Source: Pseudomonadota bacterium (lineage in GTDB: Bacteria; Pseudomonadota; Alphaproteobacteria; Caulobacterales; Hyphomonadaceae). From it: a DNA stretch of 64,000 bases. Where the stretch lies: contig JBCBFK010000004.1 of the NCBI GenBank assembly GCA_038527765.1, forward strand, positions 192,970 to 256,969. The letters are read 5' to 3'. How positions within the stretch are numbered: position 1 is the stretch's first letter; each line of letters opens with the position of its first letter. The notes beneath the pieces were generated by a model. The model saw only the letters and a list, made by a program, of their open reading frames with translations, did not search any database and was not told where the DNA came from. The translations under genes and the position numbers were made by a program. Of this stretch, positions 1 through 8,256 are shown in pieces.

Positions 1-470
1 GCTTCATGGGGCACGTGATGCGAGCGATGCCAAAGCTTCAGCTCTCAGGCGTAGATTTGTCGCCGCCATATGCTGAGGCGGCGCGCCGGAATGTCCGACA
101 CTGGCCACATGTAGAGGTCGTTGAAGGTCAAGCCGAAGCTTTGCCCTTCGAGACTGAACAATTCGATCATTTAATCTGCATCTATTTGTTCCATGAATTG
201 CCCCCGCGCGTTCGCCCGAAAGTAATCGCTGAAGCGGCGCGCGTTCTCAAACCTGGTGGGACATTCATTATCGCCGACAGTCTGCAATTCGGCGATAATG
301 AAGGCGTTGATGGGTTTTTGGAGTATTTCCCTGAGGGATTCCACGAGCCCTATTACAAAGGCTATTTGGCATGGGCATTTGACCCTCATATGAATGCGGC
401 GGGGTTCACATCGGAACGCCAGGACCTGGCTTTCCTGACGAAGGTTCGTGTGTGGCGCAAGGACGCTTAG
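1..470 (+). CDS. Class I SAM-dependent methyltransferase, C-terminal part (5' end outside the window)
   Basis: The reading frame is open to the left edge and stops at 470. Segments FDHLICIYLFHELP and LKPGGTFIIAD fit the post-motif-I region of Methyltransf_11-type enzymes. The N-terminal GxGxG SAM motif is absent, so the gene is truncated by the window. Confidence 0.7.
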   Translation, partial: FMGHVMRAMPKLQLSGVDLSPPYAEAARRNVRHWPHVEVVEGQAEALPFETEQFDHLICIYLFHELPPRVRPKVIAEAARVLKPGGTFIIADSLQFGDNEGVDGFLEYFPEGFHEPYYKGYLAWAFDPHMNAAGFTSERQDLAFLTKVRVWRKDA

Positions 471-482
471 GAGATCACAAGT

Positions 483-1292
483 ATGGATAGAAAACTGATG
501 CTGATCACCGGTGCATCAGCCGGGATCGGTGAGGAGTTCGCGAAGCAGTATGCAGCTTTGGGCTGGGACCTGGCGCTCACAGCTCGGCGCGCCGATCGCC
601 TCGAGAAGCTCGCCCGCGACCTGGAAGAAAAATACCAAGTCGCCACGATCGTGATCTCGCAAGATCTCGCGCGCGCGAACAGTGTCGATACGATCCTGAA
701 AGAGATTAAAGAGGCTGGGCGGCACGTGGATGGCGTCGTCAACAATGCAGGATACGGCCTGCCAGGGACGTTTTTTAATACCAAATGGAAAGATCAGGCA
801 GCGTTTCTGCGGGTGCTCTACACCGCGCCGATTGAGCTGACGCATAAAGTGCTGCCGGGCATGGCCGAGCGAGGTTTTGGGCGGATCATCAATGTCGCTT
901 CGCTCGCAGGGTATACACCTGGGTCTAACGGTCACACGCTGTATGCCAGCGTGAAATCGGGCATGATCAAATTCTCAGAAAGCATCAACGCTGAAGCCAA
1001 AGCTGCAGGCCATCACAATGTGCATTGTACCGCCTTATGCCCCGGCTTCACATGGTCAGAATTTCACGATGTGAACGGCACGCGTGAGAAAACCAATGAC
1101 ATGCCAGACTGGTTATGGATGGAGTCCGCGCCCGTGGTTGAAGCTGGCATTGATGCTTGCGAAGCGGGTCATCCGGTTGTGGTGCCGGGGGCCGTGAACA
1201 AAGGTTTGGCGACCTTAAGTCGTCTGCTGCCAGAACCGATCGGTCGCGCGATGGTGGCGGCGCAATCAAAGCGGTTTCGCAACGCGGAGTAG
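483..1292 (+). CDS. SDR family short-chain dehydrogenase/reductase
   Basis: 269 aa with the TGASAGIG Rossmann motif, NNAG, and a catalytic YASVK (YxxxK). Confidence 0.9.
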   Translation: MDRKLMLITGASAGIGEEFAKQYAALGWDLALTARRADRLEKLARDLEEKYQVATIVISQDLARANSVDTILKEIKEAGRHVDGVVNNAGYGLPGTFFNTKWKDQAAFLRVLYTAPIELTHKVLPGMAERGFGRIINVASLAGYTPGSNGHTLYASVKSGMIKFSESINAEAKAAGHHNVHCTALCPGFTWSEFHDVNGTREKTNDMPDWLWMESAPVVEAGIDACEAGHPVVVPGAVNKGLATLSRLLPEPIGRAMVAAQSKRFRNAE

Positions 1293-1356
1293 TTGGCGTC
1301 TTGCGGCGCTGACGGAAGCGCTCTACCTGACAGAAAACAATAACGGAGTCTGAGCT

Positions 1357-1665
1357 GTGCAAAGTCTGCTCGCTGCCCTTCACGGCTATTTCATATCGCC
1401 GATCCTGACGATCTATTTCTTCGCGCTCTTGATTTATGTGATTTTGGGCTGGCTTATGATCGGGGGCGTCGTCGATAATCGTAATCAGACAGTCCGGTCG
1501 ATTTATCAGTTTCTCTACTCAATTATCGAGCCGGTCGCGCGCCCGCTCCGACGCATAATTCCGCCTTTGGGCAATCTCGATCTTTCGATACTGGTGATTG
1601 CACTCGCCATTCCATTTCTCAGAGACTGGCTCATTCCGCGGGTTATTCTCGCCATTCCATTTTAA
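1357..1665 (+). CDS. YggT family membrane protein
   Basis: 102 aa with a GTG start and hydrophobic helices. The ILGWL...IEPVARPLRRIIPPLGNLDLS pattern is typical of YggT. Confidence 0.75.
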   Translation: MQSLLAALHGYFISPILTIYFFALLIYVILGWLMIGGVVDNRNQTVRSIYQFLYSIIEPVARPLRRIIPPLGNLDLSILVIALAIPFLRDWLIPRVILAIPF

Positions 1666-1746
1666 AAATCAGCTGTCAGGATGGTGACGAATCTTTTCCC
1701 TCGCTCTAAGGGCTGACGCGAGAGCGGGATTGGGAAGGTTTGCGCA

Positions 1747-2634
1747 ATGACGGCAACGCTGATTTCGGGTAAAGAGGTCGCCGAGAACGTAAGAGAAAGC
1801 GTGGCGGCGGCTGTGGAGCAACTGCCGGGACAGCCGACCCTCGCGGTCGTCATCGTCGGTGACGATGCCGCAAGCCAGGTATATGTCCGCAGCAAGGTGC
1901 GTCAGACAGAAGCCGTGGGTATGCGGTCCTTGCACCATCACTTGCCCAAGGACGCCACGCAGTTCGAAGTCGAGAATCTGATTTCTGACTTGAACGCCGA
2001 CGATGACGTCGACGGCATCCTGTTGCAATTGCCATTGCCAAAAGGGCTGAACGAAGCGTCAGCCATTGAGAAAATTGACCCTGCCAAAGACGTTGATGGG
2101 CTCACCGAAGCAAGCGCCGGGCGCTTGAGTCTCGGCAAGCCCGGTTTGCGCCCCTGCACGCCGTCCGGCTGTGTCATCCTCGCCAAACGCGCACTCGGTG
2201 AGGATTTGACGGGCAAGCATGTTGTGGTTATTGGCCGCTCGATCTTGGTGGGCAAACCGGCAGCGCTGTTGTTCCTGGCTGAGAATTGTACGATCTCGAT
2301 CGCGCATTCACGTACAGCCGAATTGCCTGCTTTGTGTCGCACGGCTGATATTATCGTTCCCGCTGTAGGGCGGCCTGAAATGGTCAAAGGCGATTGGTTA
2401 AAGCCAGGCGCCTGTGTGATCGATGTCGGTATCAACCGGGTGCCTGCCCCGGAAAAGGGCGAGGGCAAAACGAAGCTTGTTGGGGATGCAGATTTCGACA
2501 GCTGCGCTCAGGTGGCTGGGTCGATTACGCCTGTGCCGGGCGGCGTCGGTCCCATGACTATCGCGTGTTTGCTTCGAAACACCGTCCTCGCCGCATGTGC
2601 GCGGCGCGGTTGGGACGTCCCGGAGGCGCTATGA
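1747..2634 (+). CDS. folD: Bifunctional methylenetetrahydrofolate dehydrogenase / methenyl-THF cyclohydrolase
   Basis: 295 aa. It contains YVRSKVRQ, DGILLQLPLP, the GRSILVGKP NADP motif and a PVPGGVGPMT C-terminal block. Confidence 0.95.
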   Translation: MTATLISGKEVAENVRESVAAAVEQLPGQPTLAVVIVGDDAASQVYVRSKVRQTEAVGMRSLHHHLPKDATQFEVENLISDLNADDDVDGILLQLPLPKGLNEASAIEKIDPAKDVDGLTEASAGRLSLGKPGLRPCTPSGCVILAKRALGEDLTGKHVVVIGRSILVGKPAALLFLAENCTISIAHSRTAELPALCRTADIIVPAVGRPEMVKGDWLKPGACVIDVGINRVPAPEKGEGKTKLVGDADFDSCAQVAGSITPVPGGVGPMTIACLLRNTVLAACARRGWDVPEAL

Positions 2635-2882
2635 GCCAGTCGTATCAGGCTCCAGGTTCTGAGCGTTTTGAAACGCTTTGGCACCGTCAGGCTGGAAAGT
2701 GCGCGCTTTGCGGCCAGCGTATGATGCGCAACCGATTTGATGCCCCGCATGCGCGTGTTTGGGCCAAGGAGCGGGCGACGTTCGATCATATTGTCCCAAC
2801 CTCAAAAGGAGGGGCGGACCGGGCTGACAACTTGCAGCTGGCGCATGCCCGTTGCAACAAGATCAAAGGCAATCGGCTGTAG
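2631..2882 (+). CDS. Small stand-alone HNH endonuclease (83 aa)
   Basis: ATG 2631 overlaps the folD stop (ATGA at 2631-2634). The protein has a CALCG CxxC and an HNH core (FDHIVP, ADNLQLAHARCNKIKGN). The upstream part of the 162-aa ORF (2394-2630) lies inside folD in another frame and is ignored. Confidence 0.75.
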   Translation: MSQSYQAPGSERFETLWHRQAGKCALCGQRMMRNRFDAPHARVWAKERATFDHIVPTSKGGADRADNLQLAHARCNKIKGNRL

Positions 2883-3692
2883 CTATTTCGCGAATTCGTC
2901 CGGGATGGCCTGATCCATGCTGCGGGCTGGTTCGCAGCAAGGTCCACCGACTTGCTTGGCCGGTACGCCCGCGACAGTGCATTGCGCCGGAACATCTTTC
3001 AGCACCACAGACCCGGCCGCGACTTTCGCCTCATCGCCAATCCGAATGTTGCCAAGCACTTTCGCACCCACTGAGAGCAAGACGCCATTTCCAATCTTTG
3101 GATGGCGATCGCCGATCTCTTTGCCGGTGCCACCGAGGGTGACGCCATGCAGTAATGAGCAGTTGTCGCCAATCACAGCGGTTTCACCGATCGTGATATC
3201 GGTCGCGTGATCAAGCATCACGCCTTTACCCATTGTCGCGGCGGGGTGAATGTCGACGGCGAACAGTTCACTGGCGCGAGACTGGAAATGAAAGGCGAGG
3301 GTCTCGCGGCCTTGTTTCCAAAGGTGGTTCGCCACGCGGTGCGTTTGAAGGGCGAGGAACCCTTTGAAAAACAGGAAGGGCTGCAGCATTCCGCGGCAGG
3401 CGGGGTCGCGTTCCAATGTGGCCTGCATATCCGCTTCAGCGGCTTCAACCAGATCATGATTGGCATCATAGGCGTTTGCAATCACTTGGCGAACTTGCTG
3501 AGCGCCCATTTCCGGACCGGCCAGCTTTTCGGCGATGTGAAAAGCCAAGGCCTGACAGATGGATTCGTGGCTGAGGATAGCGGCATCAATATAGCTCGCC
3601 ATGGTTGGCTCATCAGCCGCTGCTGCGCGGGCTTCGAAGCGCAAACGTGTCCAGACCGGGGGCGGTGCTCCAATGTCGGGATTATAATCCAT
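2883..3692 (-). CDS. cysE: Serine O-acetyltransferase
   Basis: 269 aa with an N-terminal SATase helical domain and hexapeptide repeats (GETAVIGDNCSLLHGVTLGGTG, HPKIGNGVLLSVGAKVLGNIRIGD). Confidence 0.93.
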   Translation of the reverse strand: MDYNPDIGAPPPVWTRLRFEARAAAADEPTMASYIDAAILSHESICQALAFHIAEKLAGPEMGAQQVRQVIANAYDANHDLVEAAEADMQATLERDPACRGMLQPFLFFKGFLALQTHRVANHLWKQGRETLAFHFQSRASELFAVDIHPAATMGKGVMLDHATDITIGETAVIGDNCSLLHGVTLGGTGKEIGDRHPKIGNGVLLSVGAKVLGNIRIGDEAKVAAGSVVLKDVPAQCTVAGVPAKQVGGPCCEPARSMDQAIPDEFAK

Positions 3693-3767
3693 GGGCCGGA
3701 TCCTCCGTTCGGCGTCAGCATTAAATGGAGTCCACCGTTAAAGACTTCAAGTCAAACTTCGGTGAGT

Positions 3768-4364
3768 TCAGTTTTTCTGAGGATGTAGGAAGCGAATCGC
3801 AAATTCACCTGTGATGGCGCGCACAACTTCGCCCCGCAATGACCCGACGCGGACATGTTCGCCGACGATCGGGACCGGCCCGTCAAACTCAAACGCAGCA
3901 CCCGTGAGTGAAATATCAATTACCCGGCATTGGATTTTAGTGCCGTTTGTCCGCGTGACCAAAGCGGGCCCGCCAGCAGCCTCGCGTGGGGAATTGCGTT
4001 CATCCTCCAGATCGTACTTTTTGTGATTCAGCAACCAGACCAGGCGATCGGCGAGTTTGTCTTTTTTGTGCTGTGGCGTTTCGAACGCGACAGCAAACCC
4101 ATTTTCGGTCTTTCGCACCACTTGCGCTGCGACGCGCCCGAGATCATCAAAGTAGCATACGATCTTTGTGCCATTTGCAGGCACAGCAACGGCCTCCAGT
4201 CGGGCGCCGCCGCAGGAAATGTCTTCGGTCAGAAACGTGTGATCTGTCTCTTCGAATAAAAATCGACCGCTAAGCTGCAGATCAACACGCTGATGACGTC
4301 GTCGATCGGGTTTTGACCGAATACTCGCTTGTGCTGGGGCAGGTTTGCGGAGGGGCAGACTCAT
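3768..4364 (-). CDS. Tandem PilZ domain protein (c-di-GMP receptor candidate)
   Basis: Two PilZ modules have intact motifs: RRRHQR...DISCGG and RNSPR...DISLTG. The longest ORF begins with TTG at 4454, with in-frame ATGs at 4415 and 4364. The start is uncertain. Confidence 0.72.
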   Translation of the reverse strand: MSLPLRKPAPAQASIRSKPDRRRHQRVDLQLSGRFLFEETDHTFLTEDISCGGARLEAVAVPANGTKIVCYFDDLGRVAAQVVRKTENGFAVAFETPQHKKDKLADRLVWLLNHKKYDLEDERNSPREAAGGPALVTRTNGTKIQCRVIDISLTGAAFEFDGPVPIVGEHVRVGSLRGEVVRAITGEFAIRFLHPQKN

Positions 4365-4456
4365 AAGGTCACTCAAATTCGTGCGGCTCAACGCACAGGG
4401 GCATTTCGTTGACATTAGGCAGGTTGGGTTCACAAATGGTTGATATTTCAGCAAAC

Positions 4457-4472
4457 CTGTCAGTATTGACAG
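4457..4472. promoter_or_regulatory. 16-bp palindrome CTGTCAgtatTGACAG, candidate operator upstream of the GMC oxidoreductase gene
   Basis: It has perfect 6-bp arms around a 4-bp centre and ends 29 nt upstream of ATG 4501, in the divergent PilZ/GMC intergenic region. Confidence 0.3.
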
Positions 4473-4500
4473 ACTAGAACAGTTCTCCGGGGAAGTATTT

Positions 4501-6144
4501 ATGGTTGATAAAAAAGGGTTTGATTACATCATCGTAGGCGCGGGTAGTGCGGGCTGTGTGCTGGCAAACCGGCTCAGCGAAGACCCTGCCGTATCCGTCT
4601 GTCTGATTGAGGCCGGCAAGAAGGATACGTCGCTTTTGATTCGGATGCCGGCCGGGGTTGGAGGCCTGATTAAGCAGGAAAACCCGCAAAATTGGGGTTT
4701 TTGGACAACGCCGCAGGCGCACATGGACAATCGCAAGCTTTATTGGCCCCGTGGACGTGGATGGGGCGGGTCGTCATCGATCAATGGGATGATCTATATC
4801 CGTGGTCATGCGCGCGATTACGATCAATGGCGCCAAACCGGTCTAACCGGATGGGGATTCTCGGATGTTTTGCCCTATTTCCGCAAATCCGAGACCTATC
4901 AGGGCGGCGCAAACGACTTCCATGGAGGAGATGGGCCGCTGCATGTGAGCGAAAGTCCGTTACAGGACAGCCTCTACGATATGTTTGTTAAAGCGGGAAC
5001 TGAGGCCGGCTATCCACAAACATCAGATTTTAATGGGGCGCAGCAGGAGGGCTTTGGGCCATACCAGCGGACCATTCACGAGGGTGAGCGCTGGAGCGCA
5101 TCTTACGCCTATCTCCGACCGATTGAAAAAGAACGCCCGAACCTGACCATCTTGTCTACGGCGCTCGTCTCTCGCGTCGTCTTTCGAGGGGGCAAGGCGT
5201 ATGGCGTCGAGACGGTGGCGAAAAAAGGAGCGCAACCCGAAACGATTCACGCCGAGCAGGAGGTCATTCTATGTGCCGGGGCGGTTCAGTCCCCCCAAAT
5301 CCTGCAGCTTTCCGGCATCGGTCCCGCCGATGATATCCGCAAGCATGGCGTCACCAGCGTGGTCGACAGCAAAAGAGTTGGCGCCAATTTGCAGGATCAT
5401 CTGGATGTCACGGTCATCCATGAAATGACTCAAAAAGCGTCAGCCTTTTCCAAGCAATCTGGCCTGAAAAAGTATGCTGTTGCCATCAAATACCTGATAA
5501 CGAAGGAAGGGCCTGGCGCGGACAATTTCCTCCAGGCCGGGGCGTTCTTGAAGTCGCGAGAAGGGCTCGATCGCCCGGACCTTCAGCTGCACTTGGTCAA
5601 TGCGATGATGCGTGATCATGGCAATTATGACTATAAGCGCGACGGGTTCACGATTCACTCTTGCCAGTTGCGCCCTGAAAGCCGCGGTACCGTGATGATC
5701 CAAAGTGATGATCCGTTCGAGCATTCGGCGATCGATCCAAACTATCTGGCAACTGAGACAGACCGCATCACCATGCGTGAGTCGGTCAAAATGATGCGCG
5801 ATGTCGCCGGTCAGACCGCGTTGAATCCTCTGCGCGGCAACGAGGCGTTGCCTGGCCAAGAGGTCCAGACAGACGAGCAGATCGACGCTTATATCCGCGA
5901 GTATGGCGAGACGATCTATCATCCGGTCGGGACCGTTGCGATGGGCATTCACGAGGACGATCCGGTGGATGGTGAGTTACGCGTGCGCGGCGTCGACGGT
6001 CTGCGCGTGGTAGACGCGTCGGTGATGCCGACCTTGATCGGCGGCAACACGAACGCGCCGACAATTATGGTTGCAGAGAAGGCCGCCGATATGATCCGGG
6101 GCATCGCACCGATGGCGCCTCTCGAGGTCGAGATCGCGGCCTAG
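4501..6144 (+). CDS. GMC family oxidoreductase (choline/alcohol dehydrogenase-like flavoprotein)
   Basis: 547 aa with the N-terminal FDYIIVGAGSAGCVLANRLSEDP FAD motif, GMC signature blocks and a C-terminal HPVGTVAMG catalytic His region. Confidence 0.9.
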   Translation: MVDKKGFDYIIVGAGSAGCVLANRLSEDPAVSVCLIEAGKKDTSLLIRMPAGVGGLIKQENPQNWGFWTTPQAHMDNRKLYWPRGRGWGGSSSINGMIYIRGHARDYDQWRQTGLTGWGFSDVLPYFRKSETYQGGANDFHGGDGPLHVSESPLQDSLYDMFVKAGTEAGYPQTSDFNGAQQEGFGPYQRTIHEGERWSASYAYLRPIEKERPNLTILSTALVSRVVFRGGKAYGVETVAKKGAQPETIHAEQEVILCAGAVQSPQILQLSGIGPADDIRKHGVTSVVDSKRVGANLQDHLDVTVIHEMTQKASAFSKQSGLKKYAVAIKYLITKEGPGADNFLQAGAFLKSREGLDRPDLQLHLVNAMMRDHGNYDYKRDGFTIHSCQLRPESRGTVMIQSDDPFEHSAIDPNYLATETDRITMRESVKMMRDVAGQTALNPLRGNEALPGQEVQTDEQIDAYIREYGETIYHPVGTVAMGIHEDDPVDGELRVRGVDGLRVVDASVMPTLIGGNTNAPTIMVAEKAADMIRGIAPMAPLEVEIAA

Positions 6145-6680
6145 AGGTCACTCGGTTCTGTTTTCCAGACCCGCTTGGCGTGTGTGTTTGCATCCTCTGA
6201 GAGGCCCATCCACGCTAGGCGTCCAGACGTGGCGTTTACAATCACAAATCGCCCACGCTCGGCGAGTATGGTTGAAAGCTGTTCACGCAAGCGTTTAACC
6301 GGTATCGCGGCATTCAAAATGAAGCATCCTGGCATCAGTTCAGCAAACGTCCCGGCTTCATTCAGAGCCGCGATAACCGAACGCCGTCCATCGCCGTCGG
6401 TTTGGATGGTGATGAGATAATTTGCTGTGCTGAGGTCGAGCTTCGACGCGGGCGCGCGCTGATAGCCGGGTATCAGCTTACGAATTTCAGCGTGTTCGAA
6501 TGCCGAGATGAATGCACCGCCATCTCCCGAAGCAATTTTTGACGTGTCGAGGATCCGACCTTCCTCAGCGAACGTCTTCATCTGGCCGAGTGTATACGGT
6601 CCATAAACCGCGCCATCGATCATGACCCGCCAGATTGGCGGATCAATCGAAGATAAATCGAGAGCATTTCCGTTCGACAT
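6141..6680 (-). CDS. GYF_2 (DUF4339) domain protein with an unassigned C-terminal domain
   Basis: 179 aa. The N-terminus WRVMIDGAVYGPYTLGQMKTFAEEGRI fits the GYF_2 pattern. The C-terminal ~100 aa have no motif I recognise. Confidence 0.6.
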   Translation of the reverse strand: MSNGNALDLSSIDPPIWRVMIDGAVYGPYTLGQMKTFAEEGRILDTSKIASGDGGAFISAFEHAEIRKLIPGYQRAPASKLDLSTANYLITIQTDGDGRRSVIAALNEAGTFAELMPGCFILNAAIPVKRLREQLSTILAERGRFVIVNATSGRLAWMGLSEDANTHAKRVWKTEPSDL

Positions 6681-6752
6681 GTCGCCACGTCATCCTTGAT
6701 TCGGCTTAACCAAGTCATAGCGTAGCGGCAAATGATGAACAGGGAGGTCACT

Positions 6753-7532
6753 ATGATCGAGAGCGAATTCGTAAACACCAAAATCGACGGCAATGTCCTG
6801 ATTGTTGAGATCAATCGCCCGGAGAAAATGAATGCCTTGCACCCGCCTGCCAACCGCGATTTGGGCGAGATCTTCGATAAGTTTGCCGAAGACAAAGACC
6901 TTTGGGTGGCGATCATTACCGGCGCTGGCGACCGGGCGTTCAGCGCGGGCAATGATTTGCGCTATCAGGCTGAAGGCGGCAAAATGTTCCCGGTCCCGAG
7001 CGGGTTTGGCGGACTGACCAATCGCTATGATCTGTACAAGCCCGTGATTGCTGCTGTGAACGGCGTCGCGATGGGCGGCGGGTTTGAGATCGCGCTTGCC
7101 TGCGATCTGATTATTGCATCTGACAGTGCTCGGTTCGCCCTGCCTGAGCCAAAAGTCGGTTTGGCGGCGCTCGCTGGCGGATTGCATCGCTTGCCGCGTC
7201 AGATCGGGCTCAAACGCGCGATGGGCATGATCATGACCGGGCGTCATGTGTTCGCCGCAGAAGGCAAAGAGCTTGGCTTCGTCAACGACGTCGTTCCGCA
7301 AACCGAGCTTATGGAGGCGGCATTGAAATGGGCCGGGATGATTGCTGAATGTTCCCCGTCCTCCATTCGGACGTCGAAGGAAGTCGCTATGAAAGGCTTG
7401 GATACCGCCAACTTCCAGGAGGCATTCTCACAGAAATACGATGCGATTGGCCGGATGGTGAAGGGCCCGGATTTTATCGAAGGACCGCTCGCTTTCTCGC
7501 AAAAGCGCAAGCCCAACTGGAGCGGCGAATAA
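6753..7532 (+). CDS. Enoyl-CoA hydratase/isomerase (crotonase) family protein
   Basis: It has the crotonase blocks ITGAGDRAFSAGNDL and GVAMGGGFEIALACD. ATG 6753 follows a GGGAGG RBS, and the longest ORF starts at 6732. Confidence 0.88.
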   Translation: MIESEFVNTKIDGNVLIVEINRPEKMNALHPPANRDLGEIFDKFAEDKDLWVAIITGAGDRAFSAGNDLRYQAEGGKMFPVPSGFGGLTNRYDLYKPVIAAVNGVAMGGGFEIALACDLIIASDSARFALPEPKVGLAALAGGLHRLPRQIGLKRAMGMIMTGRHVFAAEGKELGFVNDVVPQTELMEAALKWAGMIAECSPSSIRTSKEVAMKGLDTANFQEAFSQKYDAIGRMVKGPDFIEGPLAFSQKRKPNWSGE

Positions 7533-7602
7533 GCCATTTTCGTTTTACGTACTCTCGTCGTCCCGATATGGTCGTGTGGATAAGATCATAAAGGGGTGAG
7601 TT

Positions 7603-7935
7603 ATGTTGACGATTTTTCAGTCGCTCTCAAACGCGTCAGCGAAGATCATTGCGACCTTTTTCATGGTCATGGCGCTGATCATGATTGGGGTCTTGTTCGT
7701 CCCGAGTGCCTTTAACGGTGTGAATGATTTTGCCAATTATCTCGCCAATCTCGATATGGTGAGAAATCCGGACATCGGTGAGCAAGGCGTTGCGGTCACG
7801 CGCGTGTTCATCAATGAGTCCTCGATTTTCGGGATTGTTATGACGCTGATCGCTCGCGTATTCGTGGAGATCATTTGGTGGTGTAGCGGTCAACTCTGGA
7901 AAGCCGTCAATCCGACAGACGACCCGGCCACATAA
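7603..7935 (+). CDS. Hypothetical small membrane protein
   Basis: 110 aa with two predicted hydrophobic helices and an RBS-like GGGGTGAG upstream. No recognisable motif. Confidence 0.5.
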   Translation: MLTIFQSLSNASAKIIATFFMVMALIMIGVLFVPSAFNGVNDFANYLANLDMVRNPDIGEQGVAVTRVFINESSIFGIVMTLIARVFVEIIWWCSGQLWKAVNPTDDPAT

Positions 7936-8037
7936 ACCTCAACCAATTGCAGTGATCGCTGCCGAATTCGGACGCGGTAGGTTTGCATGGCGCGCGCAGC
8001 TCGCTATGTCCGAAACATAGATGATTAGGAGTGAGCC

Positions 8038-8244
8038 ATGGGCCGCGAAGAAGTCTTACGCCTCGAGGCGTATTTGAAAGAAAAACTCAATCCCGGGCTA
8101 CGTTTGATTGCTCGAAAAGAGACGGATGATTCCGTTGAAGTCTACCTCGGTGCCGAGTTCCTGGCCGTGGTTTACAAAGATGTGGATGATGGCGAGACCA
8201 GCTATGCGCTCAATATGACGGTCCTGTCCGAGGACATCGGTTAA
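8038..8244 (+). CDS. DUF3126 family protein
   Basis: 68 aa. LEAYLKEKL...IARKETDDSVEVYLGAEFLAVVYKD matches my recollection of the alphaproteobacterial DUF3126 family. An AGGAGTGAG RBS lies upstream. Confidence 0.7.
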   Translation: MGREEVLRLEAYLKEKLNPGLRLIARKETDDSVEVYLGAEFLAVVYKDVDDGETSYALNMTVLSEDIG

Positions 8245-8256
8245 ACGGATCTCTCG

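Noticed and set aside
1666-1746. Possible ZTP (pfl) riboswitch upstream of folD.
   Set aside because: folD is a frequent ZTP riboswitch target, but the 81-nt region lacks the conserved GGGUCGUGACUGGCG and CCGCCUGGGC-type elements. Only a generic hairpin (CGCTCT/AGAGCG) is present.
2394-2630. Upstream part of the 162-aa ORF containing the HNH domain.
   Set aside because: It lies within folD in a different frame and is Arg/Cys-rich nonsense-like sequence. The ATG at 2631, overlapping the folD stop, is the sensible start.
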